A DNA stretch of 64,000 nucleotides, taken from an uncultured Acidimicrobiaceae bacterium. GTDB lineage: Bacteria > Actinomycetota > Acidimicrobiia > Spongiisociales > UBA5794. This document shows, piece after piece, positions 49,166 to 61,008 of the stretch. The translations under genes and the position numbers were made by a program. Positions within the stretch are counted from its first letter, which is position 1. Each line of letters opens with the position of its first letter. Under the pieces are notes generated by a model. That model had not been told where the DNA came from. It did no database searches and saw nothing but the letters and a program-made list of their open reading frames with translations. The DNA lies in the NCBI GenBank assembly GCA_964416425.1, contig CAYQEC010000001.1:149696-213695 (forward strand), written 5' to 3'.

Positions 49166-49743
49166 ATTCCCTCCACCGTCTGCTCGCTTCCCCCGAGAAG
49201 CCGCCGGATGTTGGGGGCGTGGCGCCAGATCACGAGCAGAGCCGCCACCGCGGCCCACACCAGGGACCAGCCACGATGCCCGAAGAGGGCGAAGCCGGGG
49301 ACGTAGGCGACCATCGCCACCAGCGAGGCCACTGAGGCGGTCTTGGTGACGGCGACGATCCCGACCCACACCAGCGCCGTCCCCAGCCCGAACCAGGGCT
49401 CGAGCCAGATGGCGGCGCCGATGGCGGCGGCGACGCCGCGGCCTCCCCGGAAGCGATGCCACAGCGGGAACACGTGACCGACCACCGCCGCCAACCCGCA
49501 GGCGAACCCGACCGCCTCGCCAACCCAGAAGTCGCCGACGGCGGCAGCGAGCATGCCTTTGACGACGTCGCCCACCATCACCGCCGCCCCGGCCTTCCTG
49601 CCGACCGAGCGCAGCACGTTGGAGGCGCCGGGGTTTCCGCTCCCCCGGGTGTAGATATCGATACCGGCAAGTCGGGGCACGATCACCCCGAAATCGATGC
49701 TTCCCAACAGATAGGCGGCGGCGAGAGCGACGAATGTTTCCAA
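49162..49743 (-). CDS. plsY: Glycerol-3-phosphate acyltransferase
   Basis: YLLGSI.FG, GSGNPGASNV.R, DVVKG, GHVFP, FRGGRGVA, WRH..NI.RL..G.E; TTG start 8 nt after a TAGACT -10. Confidence 0.92.
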   Translation of the reverse strand: METFVALAAAYLLGSIDFGVIVPRLAGIDIYTRGSGNPGASNVLRSVGRKAGAAVMVGDVVKGMLAAAVGDFWVGEAVGFACGLAAVVGHVFPLWHRFRGGRGVAAAIGAAIWLEPWFGLGTALVWVGIVAVTKTASVASLVAMVAYVPGFALFGHRGWSLVWAAVAALLVIWRHAPNIRRLLGGSEQTVEGI

Positions 49744-49850
49744 GGGGTCCGAGTCTAGAAGCGGGACGGCCCGGCCCGGAACAGCGGGCAACAACGAAGG
49801 GTGACCAAGAAAGCAACCACGAGTGACGGTGTCCTCACTACACTCCGGCA

Positions 49851-50113
49851 TGACGCATTGTCGGTTACCTGCTGGGGGCGGCCGGATGGGGATTCCTTAC
49901 AACTGGACGGTCCAACCGATGCCGCGACGCGGGGAGTTCGACCTCCCCGGCGCGGGCGAGGCAGGTGCGCCGCCGACGCCGTCGTACGGATCGGGACTCG
50001 ACCACGTCACCGCCCACAGTCCCCTCCCCGTGTTGCCGATCGCAAGTCCCCCACCATTCCCCCTGCTTGCGTGAAGCTCCCTCCCTCTTCGTGAGGGAGG
50101 GACACGGGGAGGG
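49851..50113 (+). ncRNA. Candidate structured small RNA or long leader
   Basis: TACACT -10 at 49839-49844; perfect stems 49931-36/49943-48, 50022-32/50103-13 (11 bp) and 50078-87/50093-102 (10 bp); no convincing ORF. Confidence 0.4.
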
Positions 50114-50158
50114 TCAAACCTCTTCTCTCGCCACCCGTGCTCCGGTACGGTCGGCGGC

Positions 50159-50671
50159 GTGTACTGGCTGCGCCGTCCCGCCGCCCTCCGCTGGGTCGCC
50201 ATCGCCGTCTTGCTGGCCGGCGCCGCCTACCTCGATCTGCGCCCCGCCCCGACGACGCCACATCCCTTCGCCGCCGCCGCCATCGACGCCGGGACCCCGA
50301 TCGAGGAAAGCGACGTGGCGTGGCGGGAGATACCCCGTGGCCTGCTGCCGATGCCGGAGCTGGCCGGCGCCGTCGCCGGCCACGACCTGCTGCCGGGTGA
50401 TCCGCTGCTCCCTTCCTCGGTGACGGCGGTCGCGCCGCTCCCGGCCGACTGGTGGGCGGTGCCGCTGGCCCTCCCGGCCCGCGCCGTGCCCGGAAGCCCG
50501 CTACGGGCGGTGATGCACGGCGGCGGCGAGGTGGTCGACGGTGTCGTCGTGGCGGCACCCTCACCCGAGGACTACGAGGCGATCGGCCTTGCCGCCTTCC
50601 CCGCCGAGGCGGCCACTCGGGTGGCGGCGGCCGTCATGACCTCCGACGTGGTGGTCCTGCTCGCACCGTGA
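50159..50671 (+). CDS. SAF-domain (CpaB/RcpC-like) protein
   Basis: N-terminal TM; AAAAIDAGTPIEESDV and A..DLLPGDPLL SAF motif; position divergent from moeA as in other Actinobacteria. Confidence 0.7.
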   Translation: MYWLRRPAALRWVAIAVLLAGAAYLDLRPAPTTPHPFAAAAIDAGTPIEESDVAWREIPRGLLPMPELAGAVAGHDLLPGDPLLPSSVTAVAPLPADWWAVPLALPARAVPGSPLRAVMHGGGEVVDGVVVAAPSPEDYEAIGLAAFPAEAATRVAAAVMTSDVVVLLAP

Positions 50672-50707
50672 CGCGGTGACTCCCCGGCGTGGGTAACCTT
50701 CCCCGCC

Positions 50708-51466
50708 ATGCTCGAAGCCTCCTTCTGGGGTCTCATCCAAGGCCTCACCGAATTCCTCCCCATCTCCTCCAGCGGCCACCTGGTACTGGTCCCGGCGCTG
50801 CTGGGCACCGAACCCCCCGACCTGGCGACCTCGGCGATGCTGCACCTCGGCACCCTGCTGGCGGTGCTGGTCTACTTCCGGCGTGACCTGCTCGAGATGC
50901 TGCGCTTCAGTGAGCACGGCAAGCTGCTGATCCGGCTGCTGGTGATCGGCACGATCCCGGCCGCGGTCCTGGGCCTGGCGTTCCAGAGCTTCTTCGACCG
51001 CATCTCCGAGACGCCCCGCTACGTTGCGGTCGCCCTCATGGTGACCGGGGTGATGCTGCTCGCCACCCGGGTCATCGCCCTCCGGGCCCGCCGGGTCGAG
51101 GACTCGGGCAACGGGGACGCCGCCTTCATTGGGCTGGGCCAGGCGGTGGCGCTGGTGCCCGGCATCTCCCGCTCCGGCATCACCATCAGCGCCGGGCTGT
51201 TGCGGGGATTCGAGCGCGCCGAGGCCGCCCGCTACTCGTTCCTACTGGGCATCCCGGCCATCGCCGGAGCCGGCCTCTTCAAGGGGATCGAGCTGGCCGG
51301 CGAGCCCGGTGGCATCCCCGGGGCGGTGTACGTCGGGCTGCTCGTCGCCGCCGTCTCCGGGTACGCCGCCATCGCCCTCCTGCTCCGGCTCATCCGGCGG
51401 ATCGGGCTGGTCCCGTTCGGCGTCTACTGCCTCGTCGTCGGCGCCATCGCCCTGGTGGTGTTGTAG
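50708..51466 (+). CDS. uppP: Undecaprenyl-diphosphate phosphatase
   Basis: GLIQGLTEFLPISSSGHL, LHLGT, PGISRSGITI, AARYSFLL motifs. Confidence 0.96.
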   Translation: MLEASFWGLIQGLTEFLPISSSGHLVLVPALLGTEPPDLATSAMLHLGTLLAVLVYFRRDLLEMLRFSEHGKLLIRLLVIGTIPAAVLGLAFQSFFDRISETPRYVAVALMVTGVMLLATRVIALRARRVEDSGNGDAAFIGLGQAVALVPGISRSGITISAGLLRGFERAEAARYSFLLGIPAIAGAGLFKGIELAGEPGGIPGAVYVGLLVAAVSGYAAIALLLRLIRRIGLVPFGVYCLVVGAIALVVL

Positions 51467-51508
51467 GAGGAGCTTGCCTGGGGTGGCGGCGCAGGTACGC
51501 TGACGGCC

Positions 51509-52651
51509 ATGCCCTCCCGAGCCCTGACCGCCCTCCGCCTCGGCCTCGCTGCCGCCGTCCTGTTGGCGATCGGAGCCTGCTCCGGCGCATCGTCCTCCGG
51601 TCCGGAGACCGCACCCCCGCCAACGTCGACCACCGCGCCGGCGACGACCACCACGAGCAGCACCACGACGACGACCACCACCACGACGACGACGACGACG
51701 ACGCTGCCGCCGATCGTGCTGGGATTCGCCGGTGACACCTCTTTCACGAACGGCCTCGACGAGCGCGACCCGCTCGGCGACGCCCAGGCGCTGCTGTCGG
51801 CGCCCGACCTAATGCTGGTCAACCTGGAGACCACCGTGGCGGAATCGGGCGTGGGGAAGGCCGCCCCGAAACGGTTCACGTTCAAGTCCCCACCCCATTC
51901 GGTGGAGTTGCTCACCGACGCCGGCATCGACGGGGTCCAGCTCGCCAACAACCACACCCTCGACTTCGGGACGCCGGCGATCCTGCGGACGCTGGAGCTG
52001 CTCGACGAGGACGCCATGCCCCATGCCGGGGCCGGCACCGACCCCGAGGCCGCCTACGCTCCCCACTTCTTCGACGTCGACGGGTGGCGGATCGGCGTGG
52101 TGGCCTTCTCCCGGGTGCCGTGCGACTGGGCGGGCTCGGGCACCAACACCCGGCCCGAGGTGGCGTGGACCTGCGAGCCGTTCGTGCCCGACACCATGGC
52201 GGCGGTGGCGGAGGCGGCGGCCGACTCCGATCTGACGGTCGTCATGGTCCACTGGGGCATCGAGGGCGACCACTGCCCCCAGCCGTACCAGCGGGCACTG
52301 GCACAGGCCTGGGCCCGGTCCGGAGCCGACCTCATCATCGGCGGGCACCCCCATGTGCTCCAGGGCGTCGAACAGGTGGACGGGGCGTGGCTGGTGAACT
52401 CCACCGGAAACTTCGCCTTCCCGTCGGCGCGCTCGGGGAGCGCCATCACCGCCCTCTTCGAGTTCACGGTGACCACGGACGGGATCTCGCTTCGAGCCCA
52501 CCCGATCCGGATCGAGTCGGGGCGGCCCCGCCCCGCCACCGGCGGCGAGGCCGCCGACATCCTGGCCGACCTGGGCTCGTGGTCGTTCGGCTGGACCTTC
52601 GACGAGGACGGCAACGCGGTGCCCTCCGACGAGGCCGGAGTGTGCCGCTAG
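51509..52651 (+). CDS. CapA/PGA_cap family metallophosphoesterase lipoprotein
   Basis: Lipobox AIGAC; FAGD, VNLET, LANNHTLDFG, VHWG.E, IGGHPHV, STGNF motifs. Confidence 0.88.
   Translation: MPSRALTALRLGLAAAVLLAIGACSGASSSGPETAPPPTSTTAPATTTTSSTTTTTTTTTTTTTTLPPIVLGFAGDTSFTNGLDERDPLGDAQALLSAPDLMLVNLETTVAESGVGKAAPKRFTFKSPPHSVELLTDAGIDGVQLANNHTLDFGTPAILRTLELLDEDAMPHAGAGTDPEAAYAPHFFDVDGWRIGVVAFSRVPCDWAGSGTNTRPEVAWTCEPFVPDTMAAVAEAAADSDLTVVMVHWGIEGDHCPQPYQRALAQAWARSGADLIIGGHPHVLQGVEQVDGAWLVNSTGNFAFPSARSGSAITALFEFTVTTDGISLRAHPIRIESGRPRPATGGEAADILADLGSWSFGWTFDEDGNAVPSDEAGVCR
51644..51703 (+). repeat. (ACG/ACC)n Thr-rich linker repeat within capA
   Basis: Near-pure run of ACG/ACC codons encoding TTTTSSTTTTTTTTTTTTTT. 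Confidence 0.85.
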
Positions 52652-52699
52652 GGCAGGTGGGTTCCGGCGCAGGCCCCACGATGGTATCCTTTACTCGCG

Positions 52700-52945
52700 A
52701 TGGCGAAAGTAAAGCGACGGCGCTTCGGGCACAGCACGATCAGCAGCAAGCATCAGGTGACGATCCCGATGGCGGCTATCCGCGACGCCGGGTTGCGGAC
52801 GGGTGACCGGTTGGCGATCCGGTCGACGGGACCGGGGCGGATCGAGTTCGAGCGTGTTGAGGACCCCGTCGGCGAACTCGCCGGCGTCCTCACCGGACGT
52901 CTCGATCGCAAGGAGATCGAGGGACTGCGGGACGAATGGGATTGA
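52700..52945 (+). CDS. vapB: AbrB/MazE-fold antitoxin (VapB)
   Basis: TISSKHQVTIP...AGLRTGD.L; overlaps the PIN gene. Confidence 0.85.
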   Translation: MAKVKRRRFGHSTISSKHQVTIPMAAIRDAGLRTGDRLAIRSTGPGRIEFERVEDPVGELAGVLTGRLDRKEIEGLRDEWD

Positions 52946-53370
52946 CCCTCCTCGACACCGGGGTGATGGTCGGATTCCTCGACGGCTCGGATCCGTTCCA
53001 CGGTCCCTCGGTGACGGCCATCGGAGAGGGGAGACGGGCCGGAACCCTCGCCATGTCGGCGATCTCCTACGCGGAGACCCAGGTCGGCGTGATTCGTGCC
53101 GGCGCCGACCCCGGCATCCTCGACACGCTCCTGGAGCGTTTCCCCATCGCGCTCCTCCCGATCGACCGGGCGGTGGCGAGGCGCGCGGCCGAGATGCGGG
53201 CGATCGCCATGGCTGACCGCAGGCGCCGCCAATGGCGAATGCCGGACGCGCTCGTCGTCGCCACCGGGATCGTTGCCGACGCCACCACCATCGTGACCAC
53301 CGACGCCCGCTGGCCCGAGCTGAGCGGCGCTGCCGCCCCCATCGTCGAGGTGCTGGAGGCCGCGACCTGA
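52936..53370 (+). CDS. vapC: PIN-domain toxin (VapC)
   Basis: LLDTGV, SAISYAE, DALVVATG, TTD: PIN acidic tetrad. Confidence 0.88.
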   Translation: MGLTLLDTGVMVGFLDGSDPFHGPSVTAIGEGRRAGTLAMSAISYAETQVGVIRAGADPGILDTLLERFPIALLPIDRAVARRAAEMRAIAMADRRRRQWRMPDALVVATGIVADATTIVTTDARWPELSGAAAPIVEVLEAAT

Positions 53371-53459
53371 GCCGTAGGTTGTGAATGCGGGGACCCGCCC
53401 GGCATACTCACGGGGCCGGCCGGGTTGACGGCCGTGACGGAACAACCCCGAGGAGCCCG

Positions 53460-53882
53460 ATGGCCCTGTTCAGCAAGAAGCCGCGAGCGGTCAAGCTCCA
53501 GCAGCTCGACGAGCTCGAGCCGCTGCTGAAGTCGGGGCGGCCGGTGCTGCTCGATCTCTACCAGGTCGGGTGCAGCGCCTGCCAGGTGATGGACGGGATC
53601 GTGAACGAGCTCGCCCGGGAATACGGAGAGTCCGCCCACATCGTCAAGGTGGACCTGGGGCGAGTGCCGGGGGCGATCCAAGTCTTCAGGGTCCAGTCCA
53701 CCCCCACGTTCGTCCTGCTCGGGCCGGCACCGGTGAAGAAGCCCAAGAAGCGGTCCGGCGGGCAGGTCCCCGAGGCGACCGGGCGGCGGATCACCTCCCG
53801 CTGGCGCACCTCCGGCCTGGTCCGCAAGAACCAGTTGCAGCGCGTGCTCGAATCCAACGGCGCCGTCCGCGCCGAATCCTGA
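53460..53882 (+). CDS. Thioredoxin-family protein (CSAC)
   Basis: LDLYQVGCSACQVM, IVKVD, VQSTPTFV cis-Pro loop; AGGAG RBS. Confidence 0.8.
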   Translation: MALFSKKPRAVKLQQLDELEPLLKSGRPVLLDLYQVGCSACQVMDGIVNELAREYGESAHIVKVDLGRVPGAIQVFRVQSTPTFVLLGPAPVKKPKKRSGGQVPEATGRRITSRWRTSGLVRKNQLQRVLESNGAVRAES

Positions 53883-53898
53883 GGATCGGCCGCCGCGG

Positions 53899-54759
53899 TC
53901 AGTAGTCGTAGAAGCCGCGGCCGGTCTTGCGGCCGAGCAGGCCGGCCTCGACCATGCGGCGCAGCAGCGGCGGCGGGGCGTAGCGGGGCTCCCGGTACTC
54001 CTCGAACAGCGACTCGGCCACCGCCAGCAGCGTGTCGTTGCCGATGAGGTCGCACAGCGCCAGCGGGCCCATCGGGTGGCTCGCCCCGTTCACCATGGCG
54101 GCGTCGATGTCGTCCCGCCCGGCGAAGCCCGCCTCGTACATGCGGATCGCCTCGAACAGATACGGGCACAGCAACAGGTTGACGATGAACCCGGCCCGAT
54201 CCCGGGCGTGCACCACCACCTTGCCAAGCGTCTCGACGGCGAACGCCGCGGCCCGGTCCACCGTCTCCTCGGCGGTGACGATGCTGCGCACGATCTCGAC
54301 CAGCGGCATCACCGGGGCCGGATTGAAGAAGTGCATCCCGACCACCGACCCGGGACGTGACGTCGCCCCGGCGAGGCGCACGATCGGGATCGACGACGTG
54401 TTGGAGGCGAGGACGGCTGCGGGGTCGGCCACGACCGCATCGAGGCGCCTGAACACCTCCCGCTTCTGCGCCTCGTCCTCCACCACCGCCTCGACGACGA
54501 GCTGCCGGTCGGCCATCGCCGCCAGGTCCGTCCCGAACCGGATCCGACCCAAGCCGACGTCGCGCTCCTCCGCCGTCAGCTTGCCCCGCTCCACCGCCCG
54601 CCCCAGCGACGCCTCCACCCGGGCCCGGGCCGCGGTCGCCAACGCCTCGTCGATCTCGTGGACGACGACGTCGACGCCGCCGCGAGCGCACACCTCGGCG
54701 ATCCCGGCGCCCATCTGCCCGCCGCCGACGACCCCCACCCGGTCGATCGCCTCGCTCAC
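53899..54759 (-). CDS. 3-hydroxybutyryl-CoA dehydrogenase
   Basis: VGVVGGGQMGAGIA, VEAVVE, ASNTSS, GMHFFNPAP, GFIVN, HPMGPL, GRKTGRGFY motifs. Confidence 0.93.
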   Translation of the reverse strand: MSEAIDRVGVVGGGQMGAGIAEVCARGGVDVVVHEIDEALATAARARVEASLGRAVERGKLTAEERDVGLGRIRFGTDLAAMADRQLVVEAVVEDEAQKREVFRRLDAVVADPAAVLASNTSSIPIVRLAGATSRPGSVVGMHFFNPAPVMPLVEIVRSIVTAEETVDRAAAFAVETLGKVVVHARDRAGFIVNLLLCPYLFEAIRMYEAGFAGRDDIDAAMVNGASHPMGPLALCDLIGNDTLLAVAESLFEEYREPRYAPPPLLRRMVEAGLLGRKTGRGFYDY

Positions 54760-55706
54760 ACGTGCCCCGGCGGGTTCTTTATCTGGGCGAAGGCCTGACG
54801 CCGGTTCTCGACGATCTCGTAGGCGATCTGCTCCAGGCTGTCCATCAGCCACAGGTAGGCGGCCTCTCCCGGCCGGTAGTCGGCCTCGGCCATGCTCTGG
54901 ATCCGGCCCTGCTCCTGCAGCTCTTTGACCTGCTTGTGGTTGCTGCGCGGCTCGAGGGTGTACACGCCGAGGGTCTTGCCCCCGTGCTGGTTCAGGATCG
55001 AGAAGACGGGCACGTCGCTGGGCCCGTCGGCGATGTAGATCATGTTGCGCAGCGGCACCCGGCGCTGCGCTTCCGACATCTGGGCGTTGACGTCGACCGA
55101 CGGGTTCTTGTTGACGCCCTTGTTGATCTCGAAGATCGCCCTGGTCTTGGAGGTGTGGCCGATCGCCTCGGCGAGGTACTTGATCGGGGCATCGCCTTCC
55201 GGCACCGGGAGCCGGTCGAGGTAGCCGGGCGGCGCCGGATGCGAGATGTAGCTGTTGGCCCAGATCCCGTCGACGTGGGGAGCCACCGGGGAGCCCTCGA
55301 CCATGGGCCGGATCCCGGTGGAGACGACGTAGTGCTCCACCGTGATGCCCTCGTGGGCGAATTCGGAGACCTCCCGCACGTGCTCCCGGGTCGCTTCGAA
55401 GAGCTCGGGGATACCGGGGCACGGCTTGAGGCGGGCGCCCAGCTCCCGCAGCTTGGCGTTGGTGAGGTCGGCGAAGATCCCCGCCTCGACGTAGGTGAGG
55501 ATGTGGATGAGGTAGGCCATGTCACGGCCCATCACCTCACCCTGGCTCCGGTGGTAATCGACGAGGCCCTCGACCTCCTGCCAGAACCCCGCCTCGTCGA
55601 CCCCGTACTCGTCGAAGATCGGCCCCTGCATGTTGTCGGGGATCAGGGTGCGGTCGAAATCCCACAGGAAGGCGATGACCGTCTGGGTATGCAAGGGAAC
55701 GGGCAT
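54756..55706 (-). CDS. HAD-superfamily hydrolase
   Basis: WDFDRTL (DxDxT), YVVSTG, KTRAIFEINKG, YIADGPSDVP motifs. Confidence 0.85.
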   Translation of the reverse strand: MPVPLHTQTVIAFLWDFDRTLIPDNMQGPIFDEYGVDEAGFWQEVEGLVDYHRSQGEVMGRDMAYLIHILTYVEAGIFADLTNAKLRELGARLKPCPGIPELFEATREHVREVSEFAHEGITVEHYVVSTGIRPMVEGSPVAPHVDGIWANSYISHPAPPGYLDRLPVPEGDAPIKYLAEAIGHTSKTRAIFEINKGVNKNPSVDVNAQMSEAQRRVPLRNMIYIADGPSDVPVFSILNQHGGKTLGVYTLEPRSNHKQVKELQEQGRIQSMAEADYRPGEAAYLWLMDSLEQIAYEIVENRRQAFAQIKNPPGHV

Positions 55707-55743
55707 ACCGGAAAGCCTAGGACCTCGCGCCGCGGCACACCGC

Positions 55744-56133
55744 CTAGGGAGTCTCGCTGCGCCCGAACCGGACCGTATCGGCGTCGAGCCACCACGGTTG
55801 CAGCAGGCATGGGGATCCCCGCAGCGCCCCGTGGGCCTCGCCGAGCCGCTCCAGCGGCACCAGGGCGACGACCTGCCATCCCCGCTCCGCCAGCGCCCAC
55901 ACCGCCGGCGCCAGCAGGTCGCAGTCGGGCTCGGCGTCGACAACGATCTCGACGATTCGTTGCGCCCCGGCAACGGTGCACGGGATCTCGGAGACCTCGG
56001 CGGAGAGACGCCGATCGCACACCTCGCCGAGGAGCGTCGTGATCGCCCGATCCTGACGGCCGGCGTAGGCCGCCATCACTCCCTCGACGACGCGGTCCAC
56101 GGTGTGCAACACGGTCTGGATGGCCATGGCCAT
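55744..56133 (-). CDS. Hypothetical protein
   Basis: 129-aa ORF with globular-protein composition; no motif recognised. Confidence 0.6.
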   Translation of the reverse strand: MAMAIQTVLHTVDRVVEGVMAAYAGRQDRAITTLLGEVCDRRLSAEVSEIPCTVAGAQRIVEIVVDAEPDCDLLAPAVWALAERGWQVVALVPLERLGEAHGALRGSPCLLQPWWLDADTVRFGRSETP

Positions 56134-56252
56134 GGCGGTACCCCTTACTCCACGAGTTACAGCCGTGTAGTTTACCAGCCGAACGTCACCGTCTGCGGGA
56201 GAAGCCGCCCGGCGTCCCGGGGATCGGGTGCCGTCTGAGTAGGCTCGCTGCC

Positions 56253-58850
<2,598 letters not shown>

Positions 58851-58857
58851 CGGCCGC

Positions 58858-59901
58858 TCAGGCCTCGGACACGCTCAGACGGTAGTCATCGAGGTCGTCG
58901 TCCCATTCCAGCTCGACGAAGCCGCGGGCCGCGGCGGCTCGGGCGAACTGGAGGAAGCCACTGAACCCGTGGCGGCGTTCGCTGAAGTTGCGCTGGCGCT
59001 TCTGCATCCGGTTCTTGAGGCCCGACAGCACCGGCACGGTGCCGGCGCGCTGCAGCTCGGCGACGACGTCGTGCAACAGGGCGAACCCGGCTGCCTCGTT
59101 GCCCGCCTCGGGGAAGTCCACCGTGGGATCCCCTTGGGCGTCGGAGTCCTCCAGGGCGAAGACGTTGCGCTCCGCCAGGTGCCGCAACAGCTCACCGAAG
59201 GCCCGGAAGCCGTGGTCGGCCTCGTTGAAGGTGGGGTCCTTGCGCAACAGCGCCCGCTTCAGCGACGAGGAACGCACCCCGCCGCCCGTGCTGCGTTGCA
59301 GCCCGGCCAGCGTCTGGGCGAGCGACACCGCGAGCTGGTCGAGATCCTGCGGCGCCGGAGCCGGCGGGGTGTCCTCCGCCTCGGGTTCCTTCCGCCGTTT
59401 GGCGGTGGCGCGGTTCGGCAGCTCGACCCCGTCGAGTCGCTCGTAGAACAGGAACTCGTCGCAGGCGGGAGGGAGCAGCGCCGAGGTGGAGGCCTTGAGC
59501 CCGACGCCGATGACCCGCTTGTTGAGCTCGCGCAGCTTGTGCACCAGCGGTGTGAAATCGGAGTCGCCGGTGCAGATGACGAACGTGGTCACGTAGTCGC
59601 GTTCGAGAGCGAGCTCGATGGCGTCGACGGCCATCTTGATGTCGGCGGCGTTCTTGCGAACGGCGCCCATCCGCTGCGGGATCTCGATCATCTCGACGTG
59701 GTTGCGGGCGAGCATGCGGCGATCCGGCTCGAACGAGTTCCAGTCGGCGTACGCCCGCCGGAACACGACCCGGCCCCGTTCGGCCAGGGCGTCGGCGACC
59801 GGTTTGAAGTCGAATTGCATTCCGCCGAGATCTTCCCGGGCGCCGATGGCCAGGTTCTCGTAGTCGATGAAAAGGCCGATACGTTCTTCTTCGATTGCCA
59901 T
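58858..59901 (-). CDS. NYN (LabA/DUF88) domain protein with two OST-HTH/LOTUS domains
   Basis: FIDYEN, RAYADW, KNAADIKMAVD, GDSDFTPL; FNEADHGFRAF and FSERRHGFSGF LOTUS motifs. Confidence 0.9.
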   Translation of the reverse strand: MAIEEERIGLFIDYENLAIGAREDLGGMQFDFKPVADALAERGRVVFRRAYADWNSFEPDRRMLARNHVEMIEIPQRMGAVRKNAADIKMAVDAIELALERDYVTTFVICTGDSDFTPLVHKLRELNKRVIGVGLKASTSALLPPACDEFLFYERLDGVELPNRATAKRRKEPEAEDTPPAPAPQDLDQLAVSLAQTLAGLQRSTGGGVRSSSLKRALLRKDPTFNEADHGFRAFGELLRHLAERNVFALEDSDAQGDPTVDFPEAGNEAAGFALLHDVVAELQRAGTVPVLSGLKNRMQKRQRNFSERRHGFSGFLQFARAAAARGFVELEWDDDLDDYRLSVSEA

Positions 59902-60063
59902 GGGACCAGGCTAGCGGTCGAGGCGCCACGCCCGGATTACCCGGCCACCGTCTCCGGCGCATAGGGTTGGCGACAGCACCACATCGGGCAGGAGCGACCC
60001 GGGCCTGCTTGACTCTCCGGCCCGGGCTCCGGCTCCCCCCACCCGCGACCGAGGAGCAGCATC

Positions 60064-60432
60064 GTGAAATACTCCGACCCCACCACCCAGCTCGTCGTCG
60101 AGGTGTCGGTGCGCGATATGCAGGTGTCGCTCGACTTCTACCGCGGCCTCGGCTTCGAGGTGCTGCGCGACAGCGACGAGTTCTCCGTGCTCGCCTGGGA
60201 GGGCCACCAGCTCTTTCTGGTGCACCGCCCCGACTTCGAGCCGCCCGAGGCCGAGCACGCCAACCTGCGGGTGCTCGTGCCCGACGTCGACCACCACTGG
60301 GAGGCGGCCCAGGAGCGGAAACTGCGGATCGTCACCCCCATCGGCGACCACGACTACGGGCTGCGCGACTTCACCGTCGCCGACCCCGACGGGTTCGGGG
60401 TGCGATTCGGCACCTGGCTCCACGACCTCTGA
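60064..60432 (+). CDS. VOC/glyoxalase family protein
   Basis: VRDMQVSLDFYRGLGF, VPDVD, DYGLRDF.VADPDG; GAGGAG RBS. Confidence 0.9.
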   Translation: MKYSDPTTQLVVEVSVRDMQVSLDFYRGLGFEVLRDSDEFSVLAWEGHQLFLVHRPDFEPPEAEHANLRVLVPDVDHHWEAAQERKLRIVTPIGDHDYGLRDFTVADPDGFGVRFGTWLHDL

Positions 60433-60453
60433 GCCTCCAAAGCGACGCCCGAA

Positions 60454-60543
60454 TCAACCCATGGCGCGGTGCAGGAACGCCGCCATCTGACCCCGGCTCA
60501 CGTAGGCGTCGGGACAGAACATGGTGTTGTCGGGCGGGTTGCC
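60454..60543 (-). pseudogene. Relic C-terminal S-layer homology (SLH) repeat
   Basis: Reads GNPPDNTMFCPDAYVSRGQMAAFLHRAMG*; upstream frames do not continue SLH-like sequence. Confidence 0.7.
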
Positions 60544-61008
60544 CACCGAAGAGCGCATAGCTGGCGGCGTCGGAGGCAGTGACCTTACCGTCGAACACCC
60601 AACCGCTCCCCAGAGGCCAAGGTCACAGAAGATCCCGAGAACGCCGTGGTTCGCACATCTCGGCGCCGCGGCATGCCCGGTGATCCCGAGGAAGCCGCCA
60701 CCCCACTACCCTCCGGTCAGACGGCAGGATCCATCTTGCGCGGCTCCGACCCGCCCCCGTAGCTGAGAACGCGCTCCACCAAGCGTCGTCCGGAGGCCGC
60801 CCAGCCGAAGCCTACGAACGCGCCTGGATCGCCGATCGCCTCGCTGAACCGCCGGGGTTCGCGTGTGCCCCGAAGCGCGAAGGGCGTGGGCGGTCGCTGA
60901 CCTCCTCACGATCGATTCGGGCTTTGTCGGTGGGCTCAACGACTCTCACCACGACTCCAGGTCTAGAGTTATCGCTTTCAGGTTGGATGCTCGTGGTTCG
61001 GGGGTTCG

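Noticed and set aside
49823-50202. Small ORFs in the plsY-SAF spacer (49823..50074 +, 49897..50202 -)
   Set aside because: Pro/Gly/Arg-rich translations, no RBS or motifs, and overlap strong hairpins; a non-coding interpretation is preferred.
60371-60598. ORF with dockerin-like DGKVTASDA
   Set aside because: No preceding GDVN-type Ca-binding loop or second repeat, and the rest of the ORF is non-protein-like; probably chance.
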